Of a stretch of 64,000 nt of DNA, positions 9,552 through 18,624 are shown piece after piece. The DNA is from an uncultured virus (IMG/VR IMGVR_UViG_3300023178_004374) (taxonomy: Duplodnaviria; Heunggongvirae; Uroviricota; Caudoviricetes), in the IMG/VR virus record IMGVR_UViG_3300023178_004374. One strand, written 5' to 3'. Numbering within the stretch: position 1 is the first letter of the stretch; each line of letters opens with the position of its first letter. The position numbers and the translations under genes were made by a program. The notes beneath the pieces were generated by a model. It was not told the origin of the DNA. It did not search any database and was given only the letters and a program-made list of their open reading frames with translations.

Positions 9552-10055
9552 ATGAAAAAAATTACTTTTTTTACAGTAGGTGCACTAGCACTAAGTACTT
9601 CAGCCGCGGCTGATTACGTTCATCCTTTTATTTCGAATAGTTATATGTATATTGGATATAATGAAAAAACGCATAGAAAAGAACTAAAAAAATTTCTTAA
9701 TGTCGATCCATTTGTTACACCTTGGTGTGCAGCATTTATGAATTCAGTTTTACAACAATCAGGATATTGGGGTACTGAAATTATTGATCCTGAAACATCT
9801 TTACTTGCAAGAAGCTTTTTACAATATGGCCAACAAATTCTTCCTCAAGATTTAACTCAAGGAGATATTATAGTTTTCCCAAGAGAAGATGGTGAAGACT
9901 GGCAAGGTCATGTTGGGTTTTTCTTAGAAATGAGAAAAAGAGATAATAAAGAATATGTTGTTATTATAAGTGGAAATGATAAAAACCAAGTAACAATTGG
10001 AGAAAGACCTTTATCTACTGCAATTGGATTTCGCAGATTTATGGTTTTAGATTAA
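9552..10055 (+). CDS. TIGR02594-like NlpC/P60/CHAP peptidoglycan hydrolase with signal peptide
   Basis: PWCAAF, ARSF, GDIIVF, QGHVGF, GN..NQV; only credible plus-strand gene. Confidence 0.8.
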   Translation: MKKITFFTVGALALSTSAAADYVHPFISNSYMYIGYNEKTHRKELKKFLNVDPFVTPWCAAFMNSVLQQSGYWGTEIIDPETSLLARSFLQYGQQILPQDLTQGDIIVFPREDGEDWQGHVGFFLEMRKRDNKEYVVIISGNDKNQVTIGERPLSTAIGFRRFMVLD

Positions 10056-10649
10056 TCCTTTTACTCTTAACATTTTAAATCCAGTTTCAATAAAGAAATA
10101 TTTAGTCATCACTTTATTAATTATTTTCACATGCATACCAGTTAGTTTCGTTGGTCTTTGCTTTTCATAATATTCTAAGTGCTCTTCTTTAAAATCTTCA
10201 CACATAAACATAGATCCAGGTGCAACTGTTTTCCAATCACCTAAATCTCCAAAGTGTTTTGCAAAATATTCTCTTTGTTGTTCTGGATATAAAATATCCT
10301 CATATTTAATGAGTATGCCTTTATCTTTCCATTGATCATACCAAGTTTTATAAACGTACATCAACATATTTAAATTAACATCTTCCACCATAAATGGTCC
10401 TGGTTGGAAAAAATCATAATCATGTTTTTCATAAAAATCTGCACGTTCTCTATAAACTATAGATTCAACCCAAGTGTATGGATTTTTGATTACTTTAAAA
10501 ATTGGATAATCATTTTTTAAATCAGGTTTCATAGAGTGTTTCCACTCTTCATGTCCAGAATTTGCTGGTTCCAATCCATAATTATCTTTAATTAAATTGT
10601 GGACTAAATTTGTTCCTGATCTCTGTAACCCAAATAAGTAGTAGTTCAC
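10047..10649 (-). CDS. Sulfotransferase-like P-loop protein
   Basis: GLQRSGTN, KNPYTWVES, IKYEDI. Confidence 0.65.
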   Translation of the reverse strand: MNYYLFGLQRSGTNLVHNLIKDNYGLEPANSGHEEWKHSMKPDLKNDYPIFKVIKNPYTWVESIVYRERADFYEKHDYDFFQPGPFMVEDVNLNMLMYVYKTWYDQWKDKGILIKYEDILYPEQQREYFAKHFGDLGDWKTVAPGSMFMCEDFKEEHLEYYEKQRPTKLTGMHVKIINKVMTKYFFIETGFKMLRVKGLI

Positions 10650-10762
10650 CCTTGTCCCCTGTATTTTTTAAAACTACGTTTTTTACTTTTATTCATAGAA
10701 GACGTTTTTACATTTCTTCTACCAATTGATGTTTTCTTAGCGTTTGTAAAGCCTTTTGCCAT
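10646..10762 (-). CDS. Small basic protein (38 aa, MAKGFTNAKKTSIG...KKYRGQG)
   Basis: Manual translation; AAGGA RBS. Confidence 0.6.
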   Translation of the reverse strand: MAKGFTNAKKTSIGRRNVKTSSMNKSKKRSFKKYRGQG

Positions 10763-10783
10763 TATATATCCTTTCGTTAAATT

Positions 10784-10860
10784 TGGTCTCGGAGGAGAGA
10801 TTTGAACTCCCGACCCTTTGGTCCCAAACCAAATGCGCTACCAGCCTGCGCTACTCCGAG
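10784..10860 (-). tRNA. tRNA-Pro (UGG)
   Basis: CTCGGAG/CTCCGAG acceptor stem, TT-TGG-GA anticodon loop, GTTCAAATC, encoded CCA. Confidence 0.95.
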
Positions 10861-11383
10861 ATACTACCTCATTTGCATTGATATTAAATGAGATAATTGT
10901 TTTTCTTTTCTTCGATTCATTTGGTGCTGATCTATGACGATATACAGCAGGAAATATAATTATATCACCTTCTGTAACTTGTGGTGTTATTACTTCACGT
11001 GTGATAGGCATTTGCATTTGAGTAGAAGGCCCATCTTCTGGTAATTCAATATAATATACAGCATTCCAAAAACTTCCTGGATGAACGTGCCAAGAATGAG
11101 TATCTTTAGTTTCATATTGTTGAAACCAAGCATTTTTAATACTCCAACTATCAGGTAAAAGCTTTTCAGTAATAATAGGTTCAAGCTCTTGAAAGATAAT
11201 TGGTCCTACAAAATTCCAATATGCTTGTGGCTGCCCACCTGAGTGATGCCAATCAGTATTTTGAATTTTATCTTGTCCTTCAAGAATATTTCCTGATGGA
11301 GTACTAGCTATCATTTCAAGTAAAGTGTCTTTTACTTCCAAATGTCGTTTAAATTTAATTGTTAGAATCATATTATTTTTCAT
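10838..11383 (-). CDS. Putative 2OG-Fe(II) oxygenase
   Basis: WFQQY..HSWHVH, AVYY, EGDIIIFP..YRH, ISFN; 3' end overlaps tRNA-Pro. Confidence 0.8.
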   Translation of the reverse strand: MKNNMILTIKFKRHLEVKDTLLEMIASTPSGNILEGQDKIQNTDWHHSGGQPQAYWNFVGPIIFQELEPIITEKLLPDSWSIKNAWFQQYETKDTHSWHVHPGSFWNAVYYIELPEDGPSTQMQMPITREVITPQVTEGDIIIFPAVYRHRSAPNESKKRKTIISFNINANEVVSRSSAGW

Positions 11384-11390
11384 TTGTTTT

Positions 11391-11467
11391 TGGCGATCAC
11401 GGAAGGACTCGAACCCTCAACCTGCTGATTAGAAGTCAGCTGCTCTATCCAGTTGAGCTACGTGACC
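11391..11467 (-). tRNA. tRNA-Arg (UCU)
   Basis: GGTCACG acceptor, CT-TCT-AA loop, GGTTCGAGTCC, CCA. Confidence 0.95.
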
Positions 11468-11469
11468 AT

Positions 11470-11554
11470 TGGTACCTCCGACCGGACTCGAACCGGTACG
11501 CCTCTAGGCGAGAGATTTTAAGTCTCTTGTGTCTACCTATTCCACCACGGAGGC
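11470..11554 (-). tRNA. tRNA-Leu (UAA)
   Basis: GCCTCCG acceptor, CT-TAA-AA loop, long variable arm, GGTTCGAGTCC, CCA. Confidence 0.95.
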
Positions 11555-11740
11555 TTGTACGCAAATTGCTTGACTATTAGTAGGAAAGTAACCTTCTACA
11601 TCTCCACCTACTGTCACTGACAATCTTTCTCGAGCAAAAAAGCAATCATTAATAGTTGCAAAATAAGTTTTTGGGCCCATAGCATTAACAGCATAAATTG
11701 AATGACCAGAAATTACGATGTATACTAGGACCCAATGCAT
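11537..11740 (-). CDS. Small membrane-anchored Cys-pair protein
   Basis: MHWVLVYIV..., FATINDC, AICV; 3' end overlaps tRNA-Leu. Confidence 0.65.
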   Translation of the reverse strand: MHWVLVYIVISGHSIYAVNAMGPKTYFATINDCFFARERLSVTVGGDVEGYFPTNSQAICVQASVVE

Positions 11741-12141
11741 TATGCAAACTCTTTATATTCTACCACTTTGGCAAGATCTTCGACAAGCTGTTTACCATAC
11801 TGTGTAAACAAGATACCTTGCTCCCACACATAGTGTTCAACGTCTTGAATGTGATAAAAAGTTTCACAGCCGGTGATCCAGCGAAGAGCGTCCCAATAAT
11901 CTCTGGCACCCCAGGTTTGAGCTTGATGAATACGCTCTTTGAATTCATCAACTTTCATTGCTTCCATCTTTTTTTCACGAGCAGTATTCTCCTCAAGCTG
12001 GTCACAAAGAGCATTCCATAGCTCTTGTTTTTGGCGAGGAGTACGATCATTCCAATCGTCCATTATAATACCACGAGGACGAAACCCATAAACATCTTTA
12101 TGAAGGTCTGAGAAGCAATCGTCTGAGTAAGTGAATTCCAT
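11740..12141 (-). CDS. Hypothetical early protein (SDLHKDVYGFRPRG motif)
   Basis: 133 aa, GGAG RBS. Confidence 0.75.
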   Translation of the reverse strand: MEFTYSDDCFSDLHKDVYGFRPRGIIMDDWNDRTPRQKQELWNALCDQLEENTAREKKMEAMKVDEFKERIHQAQTWGARDYWDALRWITGCETFYHIQDVEHYVWEQGILFTQYGKQLVEDLAKVVEYKEFA

Positions 12142-12371
12142 TATACTGTCTCCATTTCAAGATCGGCTAAAGTTTCAAAGCATTCATCAATATAAGATGA
12201 AGCATAAATGCCAGATAAGTCCATATACATATCAGACTCAACAAAATTCCAAAAATCTGTTGAACCAAAACCAGGGCGAAGGTTAAAGTCATCGCGAATT
12301 GCTTTGTCGAAGCTTGCAACTACGTCAGCTTTAATCATTGAACCGTTTGGAAGATGTGTAATTCTTGACAT
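12141..12371 (-). CDS. Hypothetical early protein
   Basis: 76 aa, first gene after promoter. Confidence 0.7.
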   Translation of the reverse strand: MSRITHLPNGSMIKADVVASFDKAIRDDFNLRPGFGSTDFWNFVESDMYMDLSGIYASSYIDECFETLADLEMETV

Positions 12372-12401
12372 TTGATTTTCCTTTGTTTACCTTATAGTAC
12401 T

Positions 12402-12461
12402 AATCTACCATAGTTTAAACCGATTGTACACCTTTTTGTTTCTTTAGAAATCAACTACTTA
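12402..12461 (-). promoter_or_regulatory. Early promoter with upstream IHF box
   Basis: TGTACA-N17-TAGATT, near-identical to the 1987 copy; AATCAA-CTAC-TTA at 12449-12461. Confidence 0.8.
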
Positions 12462-12665
12462 CGTTTTTTTTCCAAAGTCAATATTTAAGTCAATAAGCCC
12501 GTGTTCAATATCTCGTGCTAAAGCTTTAATATCGTCTACCATATATTGACATCGTGCTTTATCATACCATCCTTGAACTCTATATCGTTCGCGGTGGAGT
12601 TCAATACCTTTATCATGCATAACTTTAATTTTATTATAAAAATCTTCTACACTATGTGTCATCAT
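12459..12665 (-). CDS. Hypothetical protein
   Basis: 68 aa; stop within IHF box. Confidence 0.6.
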   Translation of the reverse strand: MMTHSVEDFYNKIKVMHDKGIELHRERYRVQGWYDKARCQYMVDDIKALARDIEHGLIDLNIDFGKKT

Positions 12666-12757
12666 TATCTACTTTCTGTGGTTCATACCACTTCCACAAT
12701 TGTTCAAAATCCGTACAATCATCGCATGGGTCATCACTATCGCCCTCCGATAATGCT

Positions 12758-13369
12758 TCATTTTCCATCTCTTACCTCTACATTTTTAGGAAAATTCATT
12801 ACACCGGTATCGCCTTTATGATTATATACAACAAACTGAGTATTAGAAAATTCTCTAAATATTCCCATCCATACTGGTCTCCACCGACGAGTTAGTTTTT
12901 CCGTTTGGTTGTTTCCTCTATCAGATTGTAAAAACATATCTGACATACTTGTTGTGTCAAATGAAAATAATGAATCAAATCCATACATATGGATTTCATC
13001 ACATCCTAAGCCGCCAGCTTTTGGATTTACAATGTAGTGTGTTGCCATGTGACCACAATTAAAATCTGTATAATTTGGACAATATGGCGGCAGAACTGTG
13101 TAAAATTTTTTAATTTGTTGTGCATATTTCATGTAAAAATGTGGCTTCATTTCCATCCATTTTTTAGGTCTAGCACCTAAAACCCAATCACCCGCAACTT
13201 GTACACTTCCCTCATTAATTGCTTTCATCATTTTAAAATCTACCATTACAGTAGTGTAGCAATTAGCAACTTCAAATGGAGGAACATTACAAGTAATTTT
13301 CAATCCTTTTGAAGGGTTATAAAGTGCAGATGATTTCCCGTTGCCAATAAGATGAGCCACTTTACTCAT
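12758..13369 (-). CDS. Glycosyltransferase-like protein (MAF/sialyltransferase-like LIGNGxS fold)
   Basis: LIGNGKS, CN, IHMYGFD motifs. Confidence 0.55.
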   Translation of the reverse strand: MSKVAHLIGNGKSSALYNPSKGLKITCNVPPFEVANCYTTVMVDFKMMKAINEGSVQVAGDWVLGARPKKWMEMKPHFYMKYAQQIKKFYTVLPPYCPNYTDFNCGHMATHYIVNPKAGGLGCDEIHMYGFDSLFSFDTTSMSDMFLQSDRGNNQTEKLTRRWRPVWMGIFREFSNTQFVVYNHKGDTGVMNFPKNVEVRDGK

Positions 13370-13967
13370 TAATTAATTTCCTTATTTCTTCTTTACCTTT
13401 TTTTCCAGTCCAATGCATAACTAAAACTTTTTTAGGTTCAGAGTTATCTAATTTGTCTAGTCTTAAAGTATTATATTTACGTGATATACTTTCTATATGT
13501 ATTAATCTTCTCATTCCTTCTCTCACTAAAGAATGTAATACTTCTTGATCTCCTACTTGAGGGTTTAAAGAAACAGCCGCTGCCCATTCATCTAAAATAT
13601 TAGGTCTATTTTCAAATAAAACCACTCCTGAATTGTGCCACGTTTCTCCTCTTCGTTTTGACCAAGGTACATCTTCTACCATTGAAAGTTTATTTGGAGA
13701 TGTGTGATCGAAAATATTATCTATTGAACCTAGTACATGACAATCTAAATCAATCCAACAAACCTTTTCGGCTTTCTTAGAAGCATCTATCATAGCAAAT
13801 GGTTTTTTAAACCAATTCTTTTGACCGTCAACAGGTGTTTTAAAATCATCAAAATCATATGGAAGGATAGGTGTAGAACAGTGTTCATTAAAATTTTTTA
13901 AAAACCAGTCTAACATCCATTTATTATTTTTATCATATCCAGTGATAAAAAGATTAGAGTAACGCAT
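13362..13967 (-). CDS. GT-A glycosyltransferase (GT8-like)
   Basis: WFKKP, WIDLD (DxD), NSGVV, GDQE, HWTG. Confidence 0.75.
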   Translation of the reverse strand: MRYSNLFITGYDKNNKWMLDWFLKNFNEHCSTPILPYDFDDFKTPVDGQKNWFKKPFAMIDASKKAEKVCWIDLDCHVLGSIDNIFDHTSPNKLSMVEDVPWSKRRGETWHNSGVVLFENRPNILDEWAAAVSLNPQVGDQEVLHSLVREGMRRLIHIESISRKYNTLRLDKLDNSEPKKVLVMHWTGKKGKEEIRKLINE

Positions 13968-14598
13968 ATCCTTCTCCATAATTATGTTTGGCTTGGCATC
14001 CTCTTTCCTTTTGTATTGTAGTAAACGAATCTTTGACTTCAGCAACATATGGATTTTTTTCTTGTAGCCAAGGGAATGTATCTCTATGTAAAAATACATC
14101 TGTTGGCTTAGCTGCTATTTTAGCTTGTTTAATTAATTCTTTGGCTCCTGCTGGGTTCACTAAATAAGCGTGAGCTCCACCGAAATAAGGTTTTGAAACA
14201 AGTGGACCAACACCAAGGTGAGCTGGATGGTTAAAATTTCCATACGAAGGTTTACCTATATTGCATACTTTATCAAATGGTATATCACTGTTCCATTGAT
14301 TTGTGATAACTGCATCATGCTCAAGAATACCAATTCTGGAATCTTCCTCAACACACTTCTTCCATAATGTATAATGTGATAAAAATGCTGCAATACAATT
14401 TTCAAAACGTGAATATATTTCTTTAAATCCTTCAGGATTAATACCTTCTTCTTCACACTTCTTAAAAACATCTGTATTACGTGGAGTAATTGCATGAAAT
14501 ACTTTTACACTAGCGCCATGAGAAGATGCTGTTCTAATAGCTCTTTTAGCAGCTTGTACTGATTCTTCAATATCATCAATTTGTATTACATAATTCAT
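13954..14598 (-). CDS. Glycosyltransferase family 25
   Basis: FHAITP, FLSHYTLWKK, ILEHDA, AHAYLV..GAKEL. Confidence 0.8.
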   Translation of the reverse strand: MNYVIQIDDIEESVQAAKRAIRTASSHGASVKVFHAITPRNTDVFKKCEEEGINPEGFKEIYSRFENCIAAFLSHYTLWKKCVEEDSRIGILEHDAVITNQWNSDIPFDKVCNIGKPSYGNFNHPAHLGVGPLVSKPYFGGAHAYLVNPAGAKELIKQAKIAAKPTDVFLHRDTFPWLQEKNPYVAEVKDSFTTIQKERGCQAKHNYGEGYALL

Positions 14599-15290
14599 TG
14601 TGTTGTAGTGCTCCGTAACCCTTGAACCCTTGTATAAAATTTTCTAGTGACACCGAGTTTATTTACTAATTGCTTACACATTAAAGCATCATTTGGCCAT
14701 AATCCATAATTATAAACTAATGATATCATTTGCTCAGCGCCAGCTGGTGAAATTATATATGCTGAATTTCCTGCTAATCCTTGAGGAACAGTAATATCAT
14801 TATCAACATAAGGCACTGGTTGATATTGATCAAAATTACCTACTACTAAATCATAGTATTTCTGAGCTAATCTAGTAGCCATTAATGGGTTGTTAATACC
14901 TAAAATATCAAACTTTGTTTTAGTAATATCTACGTCACATCTTAACATAAACATAGCATCGTGTTCAAGTATCATAAAAGGTTCTTGTTTTTCAAAGCAA
15001 GCTTGCCATAATTGAAAATGACTCATTGCTGCAGCCATGCGTGCATACTTATTTTTTGTTTGATAAGCACGTTTTTTCATTCCACTTGCGATGTCAATAA
15101 CTTCACCTTCCCAAGGATAGTTCCAAGTGACATCTGACTCAAACATAAGCCTTTCAACGTTTTCTGGAGTAACGGCATCAAATTTTTCTATTGTAAATTT
15201 ATTATCAACAGACTTTGAGCTTTTAACTAAAAATTCATATCCTTTTTCAGATATGTCGTTGTCTTTGACAACTATTGCAAAGTGTTTCAT
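14595..15290 (-). CDS. Glycosyltransferase family 25
   Basis: FDAVTP, MSHFQLW, ILEHDA, SAYIISP.GA. Confidence 0.8.
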   Translation of the reverse strand: MKHFAIVVKDNDISEKGYEFLVKSSKSVDNKFTIEKFDAVTPENVERLMFESDVTWNYPWEGEVIDIASGMKKRAYQTKNKYARMAAAMSHFQLWQACFEKQEPFMILEHDAMFMLRCDVDITKTKFDILGINNPLMATRLAQKYYDLVVGNFDQYQPVPYVDNDITVPQGLAGNSAYIISPAGAEQMISLVYNYGLWPNDALMCKQLVNKLGVTRKFYTRVQGLRSTTTQ

Positions 15291-15901
15291 TTTGTAATCT
15301 TAAATATGTAACTATCAGGTTCACCTGAGTTTTTCCTTAAATCAAATTCTTCTACTTTGGTAGGTGGTAAGTGCTTTTGAAAAAAATACATTTCATCGGC
15401 GTTATATCTTTCAGGATATTTTCTAATCCATGGATGCTTTTTTTCTTCCTTTGACATGATATGAAGTGGCCATGCATCTTCAATCAAATACATTCCATCA
15501 TCTTTTAAAAAATTGTAAAAGTGTAAAAACGTTTGTCCATTTGCGCGTGGAGTGTGCATTCCATCATCTAGAATAATATCAAATTTAACATCATTCCAAA
15601 CTGTGTCTACTAAGTCACGTGTTGCTTCTTTGGTAGAATCAGCCCTTAACCATTTAACTCTTTCGTGTTTAAGTACTGGAATATTTTTAGGATCAATTCG
15701 TTGAAAAGTATCGATGCCATAAATTGTTGCTCTAGGAAAAAAGTCTAGCCAAGCTTGAATACTATTTCCTTTAAAAATTCCAATTTCTAAAAAATTAATT
15801 GGCAGATTTCTCATACCTTGAAACTCTGCTTCATACACTACATCATAAGAATGTTTACTTGCTTTATCGCAACCATACTTATTAAATAATTCTGCTAACA
15901 T
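15287..15901 (-). CDS. Class I SAM-dependent (sugar O-)methyltransferase
   Basis: CDK..HSY, LEIGI.KG.S, FDIILDDGMH, YLIED. Confidence 0.8.
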   Translation of the reverse strand: MLAELFNKYGCDKASKHSYDVVYEAEFQGMRNLPINFLEIGIFKGNSIQAWLDFFPRATIYGIDTFQRIDPKNIPVLKHERVKWLRADSTKEATRDLVDTVWNDVKFDIILDDGMHTPRANGQTFLHFYNFLKDDGMYLIEDAWPLHIMSKEEKKHPWIRKYPERYNADEMYFFQKHLPPTKVEEFDLRKNSGEPDSYIFKITK

Positions 15902-15902
15902 A

Positions 15903-16502
15903 TTAAATTCCTATTTCAAACTGTAATAGCCCATAACGTTTTATATTATATCCATACTTATTAATGAATTCATTTACAGCTTGTGTAACTCCATGCTTTC
16001 CATGTTTGTTAGTCCACCGATAATCATCCCCAAAAATTTTACCGCCAGGTTTAACTATTTTTCTAGATTCTTCTAAATCATACAAACATCCAATATAATC
16101 ATGCGCACCATCTACATAGACCCAATCTAATTTTTCAGTAAAGCTTTCAAAAAACTCTTTTGACGTCATACGATAGATTGTAACATTATTTGTATCTTTA
16201 AATTTATCGACAACCCGCTTATAGACTTTATCATAATATCTATGGAATGCTTCTTCAGTAGCTTCTCCAGTTAATTTTTTATATTTTTTCAAATAATCTT
16301 CATAGGATCCATGTTCATTTTCTGGTTGATCTTTATATGCAATAGGACTCCAAGCGTCAACTAAATATAAATGCTGTAATCCTTGCTTCCAAAATTTCAT
16401 TGAAGTATTAGCTTCCCATACACCAATTTCACATCCAATCGTATCTTTAGGTATTGCTTTAATAATGCTATCTGCATCTTTATTTACAGGATTTCCCATC
16501 AT
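15903..16502 (-). CDS. Methyltransf_24 family SAM methyltransferase
   Basis: EIGVW, VDAW, DWVYVDGAHDY, KPGG..GDDY. Confidence 0.82.
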   Translation of the reverse strand: MMGNPVNKDADSIIKAIPKDTIGCEIGVWEANTSMKFWKQGLQHLYLVDAWSPIAYKDQPENEHGSYEDYLKKYKKLTGEATEEAFHRYYDKVYKRVVDKFKDTNNVTIYRMTSKEFFESFTEKLDWVYVDGAHDYIGCLYDLEESRKIVKPGGKIFGDDYRWTNKHGKHGVTQAVNEFINKYGYNIKRYGLLQFEIGI

Positions 16503-17191
16503 TGTTCTTGTTTCCAGTAATTTTGATTTGCAGATGTATCAAAATCAAATTTCCAATAATCAATATCAGCTTTATACCAATCTGCTACTATTTGAATTGT
16601 TTCTTTTGTATATATGTCTTTGTAAGATCCTTTATTAAGTGCAGTGACATTTCTTTTCCGTGACATCATAGGTAAATTAAAATATGAACACAAATCATCA
16701 TCTAAATGTTCAAAGCGTATAATATCGCACCTAACATTCCTATCATCGTCAATAACGTGATCAAAAGCAGGATACCATCCACGAACTGCTCTATGCCACA
16801 TATAGTCTTCGGATCCCCATTTATGACGTTCTTCCAAAAAAGCTTCAAACGAACTAACATTAGCATAACTTGGATCTACCTTTTTTTCTACTTCTATTAC
16901 TTTCTTTGCAAAGAAATATCGACTTACAACACGATCCCAAGGATTACGAACTACAGCAAAAGCTTTATTCTGTTCTCTTACTGAAGGATGTATATCTCGC
17001 CACCTTGCATGTTCAAAACCATGATGATCTCCTAAGGATTTCATTTTGTTTAAAACTGCTTGTGAATATTGTGGCGATTTATGAATATTACTTCCAGCTA
17101 CAAGAATTTTTTCTTTTAGCATTGGGCTATGTCTTATTGTCATACCAGCATTTTTTGGTATGTGTATGAATAAATTTTTACTAATTAACAT
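16499..17191 (-). CDS. Sulfotransferase family 2
   Basis: FIHIPKNAG, VRNPWDRVVSRY, IRFEHL. Confidence 0.85.
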   Translation of the reverse strand: MLISKNLFIHIPKNAGMTIRHSPMLKEKILVAGSNIHKSPQYSQAVLNKMKSLGDHHGFEHARWRDIHPSVREQNKAFAVVRNPWDRVVSRYFFAKKVIEVEKKVDPSYANVSSFEAFLEERHKWGSEDYMWHRAVRGWYPAFDHVIDDDRNVRCDIIRFEHLDDDLCSYFNLPMMSRKRNVTALNKGSYKDIYTKETIQIVADWYKADIDYWKFDFDTSANQNYWKQEQ

Positions 17192-17963
17192 TTTTCATTA
17201 ATTCCTCTACGTTTTCTCCGCGTTGAGGAAGTTTATCCTTTAGGAAAAAATGTACAAAATGAGATTTTTTAACAGCATCAGGTTTTACAGCTGTATATAA
17301 AGCATTCCATTGATAGTCTAGATGTTGCAATTTCATAGGCTCTTCTTTAATCCAAGTATTTAGCAGTGTTTGATCAGTGGACCATTTCCATGCTCCTTGA
17401 CCATCAATAAAGGCTTTAAATCTAGGCCTACGCAGAAATTGTTGAGGTGTTTCATCATTTAAAAATCTATCAATAGATTTATTTAAAAGCATAACTCCCA
17501 TGTTAAAAAATTCACCACCTCTTTTGTCCCATTTCCAATCAACGGAACGGATGTTACTATATTGCATTTTGGAATAATTAGCAATCTTTTTAGAATACCA
17601 ATCTAAAATTGGCATTTCACGTTCTACTACGCCAGCGAAGTCAACAGAAGGATCAACAGCGTCGAAAACATTAGGGCTATCTGGTCTGACCCAAACATCG
17701 CTGTCAATGATTGCAACTTGGTCATAAGTTTTAAGATATGTGAATGCATTTTCTTTCTCATAAATAGGTAAATACCCTAATCTGTCTACCGCTTCTTTAC
17801 TTCTATTTGTAGTAAAAGGATCAGGGCGAATAAGAAGGATTGGTGTTTTTTGTCTAATATAATCAGCACCAATCCTTGCGGCGTATTCTTTTACTGAATC
17901 TGTACAGTGATTGTACAGCTTAGATTTTTTTCCAACATATACTTGATATATTAAACGTTTCAT
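17181..17963 (-). CDS. GT-A glycosyltransferase (GT8-like)
   Basis: IIDSD, FFNMGVML, DQTLLN, WNAL, FVHF. Confidence 0.78.
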   Translation of the reverse strand: MKRLIYQVYVGKKSKLYNHCTDSVKEYAARIGADYIRQKTPILLIRPDPFTTNRSKEAVDRLGYLPIYEKENAFTYLKTYDQVAIIDSDVWVRPDSPNVFDAVDPSVDFAGVVEREMPILDWYSKKIANYSKMQYSNIRSVDWKWDKRGGEFFNMGVMLLNKSIDRFLNDETPQQFLRRPRFKAFIDGQGAWKWSTDQTLLNTWIKEEPMKLQHLDYQWNALYTAVKPDAVKKSHFVHFFLKDKLPQRGENVEELMKNVN

Positions 17964-17972
17964 AATAATTTC

Positions 17973-18380
17973 TCATTTTTTAGGAGGGTCGCTTTTCCCT
18001 TTTGTATAAGCTTGAGCACCAAAGAATGCTGCTACTAAACCAGCAATTGCGACAAAATAAGTCGGAGCTATATCGCTTACTAGTTTTGCTGCCGTTTCTT
18101 GTCCAAAAAATGACGTTGCTATTATTGTAATCGGATATAATAACATACCCCACAATGCAAACCACGCCATTGATCTAATTTGATCTTCTTTCTTATCTTC
18201 ATTCTCACGCATTCTTTCGCGATGTTCAAACTCAGCTATTTCTTTTGCCCTTGCCATTTCTTCATCAGTAACAACTCCATCACCATCCGCATCTAAGTGT
18301 GCAAAGATAGAATCGGGTTGCAAAGTTTTTGCTGGAGGTTTTACTTTTTGTTCTACGCCAAAAGCGTTTTTCTCAGCCAT
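17973..18380 (-). CDS. EF-hand-containing two-TM membrane protein
   Basis: DADGDGVVTDEE EF-hand loop; two hydrophobic helices. Confidence 0.65.
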   Translation of the reverse strand: MAEKNAFGVEQKVKPPAKTLQPDSIFAHLDADGDGVVTDEEMARAKEIAEFEHRERMRENEDKKEDQIRSMAWFALWGMLLYPITIIATSFFGQETAAKLVSDIAPTYFVAIAGLVAAFFGAQAYTKGKSDPPKK

Positions 18381-18381
18381 A

Positions 18382-18594
18382 TCATGCGCCAAAAACAGAA
18401 TTTAACACTGGAGCAAATCCTGCTGCTGCCCATAATAAAACTGCAAGTGCTATACTTCCTACAACAACCCATTTTATTTTCATATCGTCAACTATCATTT
18501 TTACACCTATAAGCTCATTACCAAGAACTCTAAGTGATAATTCTAATCTACCTTCAGGTAAATCAACGATATCGTTTTTTCGGTCTTCTGCCAT
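18382..18594 (-). CDS. Small membrane protein
   Basis: C-terminal hydrophobic helix. Confidence 0.6.
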   Translation of the reverse strand: MAEDRKNDIVDLPEGRLELSLRVLGNELIGVKMIVDDMKIKWVVVGSIALAVLLWAAAGFAPVLNSVFGA

Positions 18595-18624
18595 TGTTTC
18601 TCTCCCTGAAACATAACAAAAGCA

